From a candidate division FCPU426 bacterium (GTDB lineage Bacteria > Oederibacteriota > JAAXVQ01 > JAUVAV01), in assembly GCA_040756875.1 (NCBI GenBank), contig JBFLYH010000001.1, forward strand, positions 608,001 through 672,000: DNA of 64,000 nt. The letters run 5' to 3'. Positions within the stretch are counted from its first letter, which is position 1, and each line of letters opens with the position of its first letter. The notes below the pieces were generated by a model. That model saw only the letters and a program-made list of their open reading frames with translations. It made no database searches and was not told where the DNA came from. This document shows, one piece after another, positions 40,500 to 48,287 of this stretch. The translations under genes and the position numbers were made by a program.

Positions 40500-41327
40500 A
40501 TGAAAGCATTGCTGAATAAAATTACATTGGAGCATCTCCAACGCCGTCTGGAAGCCTCGACCCGGCTGTTGCTGTACGTGGATTACGATTACGTATTGCG
40601 GCCGCAGTCGGGGGGGGGCGGAGAGATGTCTTTGCCAGCCGCGGACCGGGATCATTTGCGTGAATTGTCCGAGAAAAACGGCTTGACGCTGATCCTGGTC
40701 AGCAATTGCTCCTTGAGCCGGCTTAAAAAGATGGTGGGTTTTTCCGGCCTGTACTTGATCGCCAACAATGGCATGGAGATTTCCGGTCCGGATTTGAATG
40801 TGGTGCATGGCGAAGCCAAACGATTCCGCCAGGAACTGGCTCCGGTCGTTGAAAAACTGCAGTCCCAGCTGTCTGAACTGCCTGAAGTGGAGTTGGATGA
40901 CCGGGAGTACTCCCTGGCTGTGAATATTTATCAAGCCAAGCCGCCGGTGCAAAGGCGGGCGAGGATGCTGTTGGAGCAAGCCTGGACGCCGGTGATGGAT
41001 TCCTTTACTTTGTTTGAAAATCGCCACGAGTTAATCATGCGTCCGCGCCTGGGGTGGGGAAAAAGCAGGGCTTTTCTTTTCGTTTGGAACAAGTTTTCAT
41101 CCCCGCGGCGAAGGCCGTTTGTGATTTACATCGGTACTGAGGAAGGCGATGAGGAAATCTTCAGCCAACTGGGACGCGAAGGCATGGGCGTGGTCGTCGG
41201 CAGTCCGGCCCGGGCCGCCCATTCCAAGGCTGGCTATCATTTGAAAAATCGGGCCGAAGTCGCGAAGTTCATCTCGTGGCTCTCGACCAATATCGCGCGC
41301 ATTCCAACCTCCACCCTGGCGGGTTGA
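40500..41327 (+). CDS. Trehalose-6-phosphate phosphatase-like HAD protein with degenerate motifs
   Basis: OtsB-like layout (LLLYVDYD, NNGMEI, WGKSRA, IYIG, A.YHL..EV..F) with altered catalytic motifs. Confidence 0.7.
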   Translation: MKALLNKITLEHLQRRLEASTRLLLYVDYDYVLRPQSGGGGEMSLPAADRDHLRELSEKNGLTLILVSNCSLSRLKKMVGFSGLYLIANNGMEISGPDLNVVHGEAKRFRQELAPVVEKLQSQLSELPEVELDDREYSLAVNIYQAKPPVQRRARMLLEQAWTPVMDSFTLFENRHELIMRPRLGWGKSRAFLFVWNKFSSPRRRPFVIYIGTEEGDEEIFSQLGREGMGVVVGSPARAAHSKAGYHLKNRAEVAKFISWLSTNIARIPTSTLAG

Positions 41328-41492
41328 TCTCTCGCACTCAGAGCCGAAAGAACCTTTGAAACATCCCGTGGGTCTAAACCTGAGGTTTTGAGCCCCTATC
41401 CTCCACTCGGCCGAAGCCCACGGTGCATATTAAATGCCTGCCCGGGCAGTATGCCTGGGATGGCATGGTGAAACGAGGAGCTGGTCAGCGAC

Positions 41493-44400
41493 GTGAACGT
41501 GCTTGTGCACCAACATTCACCGGCGACGGTTGCGGGTTTATGGCTGCGGCGGGGCGTGTTCGTCCTCGTTTCCTTGTTTTGGCTGGGGAACGGCCTGACG
41601 GCACATGCGGAAATGCCGCCGGAGCAGCTTTTTCAATTTGGCCTGAACCTTTATCAGGGCGGCACGTATGCGCTCGCCCGGGCCCAATTTCATAAATTCC
41701 TGGAGCTGTATCCGCGTCATCCCCGCGCTGGCGACAGCCAATACTTGCTGGCCGAAAGCTGGTACCGCGGCGGAGAACTGGCGCGCGCCGAAAGCGCCTT
41801 TCGCCGGGTTTTGGAATTATATCCGCTCAGCCATTACCGGGCCGAGGCCCGCTATCGGTTGGGAAGGACCCTGCTGGATTTGGAGCGGTTCCCCGAAGCC
41901 GAACAGGAATTTTCGGTTTTTCTTAAAGAAACGCCACGGCACTATCTGGCTCCTGAAGCCTTGTACTGGATGGCGGAAGCGCGTTTTCACGAAACCAAGC
42001 TGTCCCAGGCCGCCGAGGATTTTGCCACGTTTGGCAAACGGTATCCGAACCATGCCCTGGCGCCCTATGCCTGGTACTCTTCAGGATGGTCCTATTACAA
42101 TCTGGCCAGGCAGGAAGCGGTCGGCAACACGACCCCCGGCTTTGGCGCGGAGCATTTCAAGCTCGCGGAACAGGCGTTCAATTCAGTACTCGATCTCTTT
42201 CCCGATTCCGCCCTGCGGCCGGAATCCCTTTACTATCGAGCGGAATCCCTCGTGGCGCTGGACCGTTATCAGGAAGCGCTTCCATTGTACCGTGAGCTGT
42301 CCAAGCAGTCTCCCGACCATCCGCTTGCGGTATATGCCGAGTACGGACAGGCAGTGACCCAGCTGCTGGCGGGCAAGGCCGAAGCGGCCGAAGCCATTTT
42401 AAACGTGCTTATCCCCCGGCTGAACCAGCATCCTTTGCAGCCTTTGGCGATTTTCCGTCTGGGAATGGCTCTGGCCAATCAAAACCGGCTGGACGAGGCG
42501 GTCAGACAGCTCCTGACCGTCAAACTGCGCTTCCAGAACAGCCCTGTGGTTCCGCGCGCCTTGTATACCGCCGCCTGGTGCCGGATGCAGCAGATGAAAT
42601 ACAACGAAGCCATCCATTATTTTCAGGAGTTGCTGGATCTTCCCGTTACGCCGGAATTGGCGGCACAGTCCCTGTTCCTGATGGGAAACGCTTTTTACAA
42701 GCTGGAACGGCTGGATTCAGCTTCGCAGGTTTATCAGGACGTGGCGGCGAATTACCCCCGGTCCTTGTGGGCGCCGCTGGCGGTTTTTTGGAACGGGTGG
42801 TGCGAACTGAAACTCGGGCGGCTGGAAGAGGCGCAAAAGGCATTTGAACGTTTTATAGCCGCTTATCCGGGCCACGAACTGGCGGCAGAAGCCAAGCTTC
42901 GCCTGGCGGATGTTTGGTATCAACGCGGGGAGGACGAGGCCTCCCGGGGCCTGTATGCCCAGGTCTTGAAGGAGTTTCCCCTGGGACGGGAAGCGGTTCT
43001 GGCCCAGTCGGGAATTGCCTGGACTTATTTTCGTTCCGGGCAATATGATCAAGCCGAACAATCTTTCAAGCAAATCGTGCTGCTTTATCCGGCTGGCCCC
43101 GCCCAGGCGGATGCACTGTTAAGGCTGGGAGACATTGCCTTTAACCGGAAGCAGTTCGAAGTGGCTGACGAGTATTATTCCCGGGTCGTCTCGCAATATC
43201 CGGGCAGTCCGGAATACGCCGAAGGCTTGTATCAAAGCGGCTGGTGTGCCTACCGGTTGGAGCATTTCGTCCGTGCCATCAACCGCTGGGAACGCCTCGC
43301 TTCCGAACGGAAAGAACACCCGCTGGCCGGTGAAGCCCGTTATTGGACGGCGTGGGCTCAATTTCGGCAGGGCCAATACACGGAAGCGCTCGCGACTTTT
43401 CGGAACATGCGGGCGCAGTATCCCAAAAGCCATTTGGCGGCCGACGCCCTGTTCCGCATGGGCACCTGTCATTACAACGCCAAGCAATATGCGGACGCCA
43501 TCGCGGACTACCAAAAATTCGTCGACGCCTATCCGCAGGACCCCCTGGTCCCCGATGCCTTGTATGGCATTCAGTGGTCCTACTATCAGCAGGGGAAAAT
43601 CCAGCAGGCGGTCGAAGCCTCCCGGAAATTTATCAAACAGTATCCCAACAGCCCCTTGTCCGCCGATGTGCAATACCGCATCGCCGAGCATTATTACCAC
43701 CAAGGCCAATATGACCGCGCCCGCCGGGAATTTCAGGATGTCATCGCCAAATACCCCAACAGCGCCTTGGTGGTCAACGCGCAATATTGGCTCGCCTGGT
43801 GCGACTTCAAGGAACGCCAATATACCGCGGCGATGCAGAATTTCCGGAAGGTGGCGGAAGAGCACTCCGGGCACGAGCTGGCGCCCCACGCGCGTTTTTG
43901 GATGGGAAGCTGCTATTATAAACTGCAGGAGTACGATCAGGCGATTCACGTCTACGATCAGTTCATTTCGGATTTTCCTGAACATAAGCTGGCCGCGGAC
44001 GCCCGCTTCAACAAAGCCCTGGCCTACAAACGCCTGGGTTTGGATGTGGAGGCCCGGGAGGCTTACGCGGACGTCATGGAGCATTATCCGCAGACGGATA
44101 TGGCGTTCAAGGCGCAGATGCATATCGGATACATGCTGCAGGACAGCCATCAGGATGCCCAGGCGCTTGAGGTCTACCGCCAGATCGTCGCCAATGCGCC
44201 GCCGTCCTTTGCCGCGGAAGCCCAGTTTTGGATCGGCGATTTGCTGGAGACTAAAAAGGATCTGGACGCAGCTTTGCCTGAATACTACAAAGTGGCGGAC
44301 CGCTACGCCTCTGTGCAGCGCTGGTCGGTGACCGCCCTGGCACGCGCCGCGGAAATCCAGGAACGCACCGGCCGCTTCGAAGCGGCGATCAGCACCTATC

Positions 44401-44555
44401 AGCGCATTACGCGCATGAGCCAAGACTCGCGCTGGAAAAAATCCGCCCGCGCACGGATCAAGCTGATCCGGGAAAAACTGCAGACCCTGAACACGCCGCC
44501 GGCTCCGGTCCCCGATGCGGCCAAGGAACCGGAAAACAGGCAGGCCCAACCATGA
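41493..44555 (+). CDS. Large exported tetratricopeptide-repeat protein (BamD/CpoB-like repeats)
   Basis: Signal peptide; >20 repeats of F...YP.(S/H)..A..A.Y..(A/G). Confidence 0.88.
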   Translation: MNVLVHQHSPATVAGLWLRRGVFVLVSLFWLGNGLTAHAEMPPEQLFQFGLNLYQGGTYALARAQFHKFLELYPRHPRAGDSQYLLAESWYRGGELARAESAFRRVLELYPLSHYRAEARYRLGRTLLDLERFPEAEQEFSVFLKETPRHYLAPEALYWMAEARFHETKLSQAAEDFATFGKRYPNHALAPYAWYSSGWSYYNLARQEAVGNTTPGFGAEHFKLAEQAFNSVLDLFPDSALRPESLYYRAESLVALDRYQEALPLYRELSKQSPDHPLAVYAEYGQAVTQLLAGKAEAAEAILNVLIPRLNQHPLQPLAIFRLGMALANQNRLDEAVRQLLTVKLRFQNSPVVPRALYTAAWCRMQQMKYNEAIHYFQELLDLPVTPELAAQSLFLMGNAFYKLERLDSASQVYQDVAANYPRSLWAPLAVFWNGWCELKLGRLEEAQKAFERFIAAYPGHELAAEAKLRLADVWYQRGEDEASRGLYAQVLKEFPLGREAVLAQSGIAWTYFRSGQYDQAEQSFKQIVLLYPAGPAQADALLRLGDIAFNRKQFEVADEYYSRVVSQYPGSPEYAEGLYQSGWCAYRLEHFVRAINRWERLASERKEHPLAGEARYWTAWAQFRQGQYTEALATFRNMRAQYPKSHLAADALFRMGTCHYNAKQYADAIADYQKFVDAYPQDPLVPDALYGIQWSYYQQGKIQQAVEASRKFIKQYPNSPLSADVQYRIAEHYYHQGQYDRARREFQDVIAKYPNSALVVNAQYWLAWCDFKERQYTAAMQNFRKVAEEHSGHELAPHARFWMGSCYYKLQEYDQAIHVYDQFISDFPEHKLAADARFNKALAYKRLGLDVEAREAYADVMEHYPQTDMAFKAQMHIGYMLQDSHQDAQALEVYRQIVANAPPSFAAEAQFWIGDLLETKKDLDAALPEYYKVADRYASVQRWSVTALARAAEIQERTGRFEAAISTYQRITRMSQDSRWKKSARARIKLIREKLQTLNTPPAPVPDAAKEPENRQAQP

Positions 44556-46306
44556 CTCCGATCCGCCTGACATTTGCCTCTTTTGTGACATCCGTCGCGA
44601 TGACGGCGACGGCGTTCATGTCCATCGCCCCTGCCGTTGCCTTGGCGGTGGAACGGAGCGAAGACCTGTCCGGCGAAGCGGAAGTCACCCAGCCTTCGCT
44701 GGCTACACCTGAAAGCGCTGAGCCGGACCGAGGGCTGGCCGGCGCGGCCAAAGAGCGTCCGGTTTTGAAGTTGCCCGAAGTGGTGGTTAAAGGTGACCGG
44801 CAGTACCGCGTCAGCGCGGAACGCCGCGACCTGCTGCTGATGGATCCCATGTGGGGGATCAAGGAGATTCCGGCGGACATGGCCCAAGTGGCAGTGCCCG
44901 GCCTAAAGGAACAGAAAGCCGCTCCGCAGGGTGACACCTTGAACGCCCGGCCGTACGTTTTGACCGTGGAAGGCGGCGCCGGCAGCAGCCGCCTGGGACT
45001 CGGGCGCCTGGTGGCTGGCTGGGAAAACCGTTCCTTTCACGCCGGCATCCGCGCCGAGTACGAAGCCGGGGAATACCCCGAGGCTTTCGGCGTGACGCCG
45101 TTCGACCAGGCAGCCGAAGCGGTGGTGGATATAGGCGGGTCTCCGCTGGCCGGGTGGGAAATGACCGGAGAAGCGACTGGACGCGGCGGCAGCCATCGCC
45201 AGCCGGCCGGGGGATGGGGCGAGTGGCTGGAAAAGGGCCTGGGCCAGGTTCGCCTGGGGAACGAGTTCAGGCTTACGCCGCATACGCAATTATCCGCGGC
45301 CGCGGGTTGGAGCGCAGGGGTTGAGCAGGGGATCGACGGCCAAGCGGGTTGGTTGCAAGCCCGCCTATTGGAGGTCCAAACGGGTTTTGAACAGGATATC
45401 ACCGGCCTTACGGTCAGCGACCTTAATCTGGCCTTCCAGTACCGCTTGTGGCGGCAAAGTACATCCGTGCACGCCGCCGGCCGGGAACCGGTGATCGATG
45501 AAACGCGGCATCAAGCAGTAGCCCGCTTGCGTGTGCGCCCGGTTTCGGCATTGCTTCTGGACGGAGGCGTCCGTTGGGACGAATACAACGGGCCGGTTCC
45601 GCGCAACGCGGCCAATGTGGTGGGGCAGCTGTCCATTATGCTTCCGATCGGAAGCGTGCTTTACGGGAGCGTGGACGCCGGCTTGGAGTGGCAGCCGGCT
45701 TCGGAATGGATATTTGCGCATCCCCGGCCTGCGGTTTTTTGGAACCCGGAAGCCGAAAAAGTGCTGGGGCATTACCGTTTGGGCTGGCGGCAGCGCTGGA
45801 GCGAGCAGGTTTCTATGGATGTGGTCGGATTCCGCCGGGAGGCGGAATGGACGCCGGTGTGGATGGATGAAAACCATGACGGCCTGTTCACCCTGACTAC
45901 GCTCCCGCGGACGCTGGTGACCGGGGGGACTGTGGCAGTGGAAGCCCGCTACACCGCCCAGCTGACCCAGGGTTTTTCATATACCTACCGCCAGAGCGAA
46001 GCCAGCGGCCGTTCCTATCCTTACCTGCCGCGGCATGAAGCTTCGACCGAAGTGCGCTGGAGCACCGGAGAATTCAGCCTGGAACTAAGATACCGCTACC
46101 TGGGCGCGCGCGCCTCGCTTCCTGAAACAGAGGACAACGCCTTGTCGCCGGCCCAGCTGTTGGAAAGCCGGGCTGATTTCAACCTTCTGCGGAACTTGGA
46201 TGGTTTTGTTGACCTTCGCAACCTGCTGAATTATGCTTGGGAGGAATGGCAGGGGTATCCGAGCCGCGGATTCAGCTTCCTGGCAGGATTGAGATTGCAT
46301 TATTAG
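44552..46306 (+). CDS. TonB-dependent-receptor-like outer-membrane beta-barrel
   Basis: Signal peptide; TonB-box-like LPEVVVKG; amphipathic strands; C-terminus RNLLN...GYPSRGFSFLAGLRLHY. Confidence 0.72.
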   Translation: MTPIRLTFASFVTSVAMTATAFMSIAPAVALAVERSEDLSGEAEVTQPSLATPESAEPDRGLAGAAKERPVLKLPEVVVKGDRQYRVSAERRDLLLMDPMWGIKEIPADMAQVAVPGLKEQKAAPQGDTLNARPYVLTVEGGAGSSRLGLGRLVAGWENRSFHAGIRAEYEAGEYPEAFGVTPFDQAAEAVVDIGGSPLAGWEMTGEATGRGGSHRQPAGGWGEWLEKGLGQVRLGNEFRLTPHTQLSAAAGWSAGVEQGIDGQAGWLQARLLEVQTGFEQDITGLTVSDLNLAFQYRLWRQSTSVHAAGREPVIDETRHQAVARLRVRPVSALLLDGGVRWDEYNGPVPRNAANVVGQLSIMLPIGSVLYGSVDAGLEWQPASEWIFAHPRPAVFWNPEAEKVLGHYRLGWRQRWSEQVSMDVVGFRREAEWTPVWMDENHDGLFTLTTLPRTLVTGGTVAVEARYTAQLTQGFSYTYRQSEASGRSYPYLPRHEASTEVRWSTGEFSLELRYRYLGARASLPETEDNALSPAQLLESRADFNLLRNLDGFVDLRNLLNYAWEEWQGYPSRGFSFLAGLRLHY

Positions 46307-46383
46307 CAGGGTGCTGAAAAATTTATATATTTTCTGCTAGCACCCTGTTACCCTATGAAAAATCTCTGATTTTTCATAGGGTA
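46307..46383. repeat. Two adjacent inverted repeats (REP/MITE-like or bidirectional terminator)
   Basis: cagggtgct/agcaccctg (46307-46347); perfect 16-bp IR taccctatgaaaaatc/gatttttcatagggta (46349-46383). Confidence 0.7.
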
Positions 46384-46480
46384 TTCCATGCAACGCAATC
46401 GACTATAGTCATCAGCTTTAAAACCCGGAATTCCCGGCTGTACGGCGCGGGAACCGCACCCCCCAGAGGAGGAAAGCATT

Positions 46481-47161
46481 ATGTTCGAAAATTTGACCTT
46501 TTGGCAGCTGCTGGCCAAGGGCGGCTGGACCATGATCGTGTTGCTGGCCTTTTCGCTCATTGCCTGGTACATCATCCTGGAGCGGGCCATCCGGTTTAAA
46601 ATGGCCAAAATCGACGTGGAACGGTTTCTTCTGAAAATCAAGAAACTGGTGCTGAGCGGGAAACACGTGGAAGCCGGCGATTTGTGCCAGGAGACTCCGG
46701 GCCCCGTGGCCGCGGCGCTTAAAGCGGGTTTGCGGCATTTTCACCGCGGGCCGGTGTCCGTGCGCGAAGCCATGGAGAGGACCAGCGCCCTCGAACTGAT
46801 CCGCCTGGAGCATTTATTGTCGACCCTGGCCACCATCGGATCGGTTTCGCCGTTCGTCGGCTTGTTCGGCACCGTGCTGGGCATCATCAACGCCTTTTCG
46901 GCTTTGGCCGGGTCCTCGGCCGCCGGCGCCTCGGTGGTCGCCAATGGGATCGCCGAAGCCCTGGTGGCGACCGCTGCCGGCTTGTTTACCGCGGTTCCGG
47001 CGGTCATCGGGTACAATTATTTCGTGCGCCAGGTGACCCGTTATGACACGGAAATGAATACCGCCTCCTCGGACCTCCTGGACACCCTGTTTGGGACCCC
47101 GGAAACGCAAAACACGGCAGCAGCCCGTGCGGCCGCTCCGGGAAGGAAGGTGGAGGCATGA
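46481..47161 (+). CDS. MotA/TolQ/ExbB proton channel family protein
   Basis: LATIGSVSPFVGLFGTVLGII; GIAEALVATAAGL. Confidence 0.93.
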   Translation: MFENLTFWQLLAKGGWTMIVLLAFSLIAWYIILERAIRFKMAKIDVERFLLKIKKLVLSGKHVEAGDLCQETPGPVAAALKAGLRHFHRGPVSVREAMERTSALELIRLEHLLSTLATIGSVSPFVGLFGTVLGIINAFSALAGSSAAGASVVANGIAEALVATAAGLFTAVPAVIGYNYFVRQVTRYDTEMNTASSDLLDTLFGTPETQNTAAARAAAPGRKVEA

Positions 47162-47601
47162 AACGCCCCGGCTCCCGCAACCGGGTGATGAGCGAGATCA
47201 ACATCACGCCGCTGACGGATGTGATGATGGTCCTGCTGGTCATCTTCATGGTCACCACGCCGTTGATCATGAAGGCCAGCATCGACATCAACCTGCCCCA
47301 GGCGCATGCCAAGCAGGATGCGCCGGTTGAGCGCCTGCAGATCATGCTGACCCAGGACGGCAAAATCTACCTGGAACGCGAACCCCTGTCCCTGGGTGAA
47401 CTGGGTGCGAAACTCCAGTCCTATTTTCAGAAGGCCGGCGCCGGCGAGACCAGCGTCACCGTGGCGGCGGACAAGCTCGTTCCTTACGGCGACGCTGTGA
47501 GAGTCCTGGATATAGCCCGGCAGGCAGGCGCCCAGAAGCTGGTGTTGGCTGCCGACCCCCTGCCGGTCAAACCTTTGTCCGAGGAGATTTGGTCCAAGTG
47601 A
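47158..47601 (+). CDS. ExbD/TolR biopolymer transporter
   Basis: EINITPLTDVMMVLLVIFMVT; ADKLVPYG. Confidence 0.93.
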   Translation: MKRPGSRNRVMSEINITPLTDVMMVLLVIFMVTTPLIMKASIDINLPQAHAKQDAPVERLQIMLTQDGKIYLEREPLSLGELGAKLQSYFQKAGAGETSVTVAADKLVPYGDAVRVLDIARQAGAQKLVLAADPLPVKPLSEEIWSK

Positions 47602-48287
47602 CTATTGACCGCACGTCCGGCATTTCCCTGGCTGCTACCGGCCTGCTGCACGCGGGTCTGGTGGCGATTCTGGGCGTGATCCACCTGTCCTTCACCACGC
47701 CGGCCGAGGTGCCCATGCTCATCGAAGTGACCCTGAGCGGCACCAGCGCTCCACGGTCGCAGACCGAAGGCGTCAAGGCCGAAGGCGAGGTTATCGCACC
47801 CCGCGCCGAGGAGGAGACGCCGGGCCTCACGGCCGAACAGCTCAAAGCGTGGCAGGAACAGCGGCGGCTGGAAATCAGCCGCGAACTAGCCAGGGATAAA
47901 ACCGGCGCCAATATCGGCGAATCCGCGCAACAGCTGAGAAAAGCCAGCGACGGGCTGGCCGCCGGCCGGGGAGCCGGGGAATCCGGCCAACCGGGATCGC
48001 CCAAAGGGACCTTGAGCCTCAGCGGGGATATCGCCACCCGGGGGTACCGTGAGCCGGATTTCAGCGTCTTGAAAGGCATGATTACCGAAGAAACCCGCCT
48101 CCGCCTGTTGCTGGTGGTGCTGCCCGAAGGGGAAGTGAAAAAAGCCCTGTTGCTGGAAACGTCCGGCTATCCTTTTGTGGATCAAAAGGCGATTGAACTG
48201 GCGCGCAAAATCGTGTTCGATCCTCTGCCGTTGGAATGGAAACAGGTCGAACAGCAGGGCGTTCTGACCGTCAAGCTCAAGCTGTAA
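47598..48287 (+). CDS. TonB/TolA-like energy transducer
   Basis: GTG overlapping the exbD stop, RBS GAGGAG; TM with conserved His (TGLLHA); TonB-C pattern V.PEGEV...ETSGYPFVDQKAIE. Confidence 0.8.
   Translation: MTIDRTSGISLAATGLLHAGLVAILGVIHLSFTTPAEVPMLIEVTLSGTSAPRSQTEGVKAEGEVIAPRAEEETPGLTAEQLKAWQEQRRLEISRELARDKTGANIGESAQQLRKASDGLAAGRGAGESGQPGSPKGTLSLSGDIATRGYREPDFSVLKGMITEETRLRLLLVVLPEGEVKKALLLETSGYPFVDQKAIELARKIVFDPLPLEWKQVEQQGVLTVKLKL

Noticed and set aside
43119-44591. 490-aa minus ORF and 398-aa alternate-frame ORF within the TPR gene
   Set aside because: Overlap a well-supported gene; composition is not protein-like
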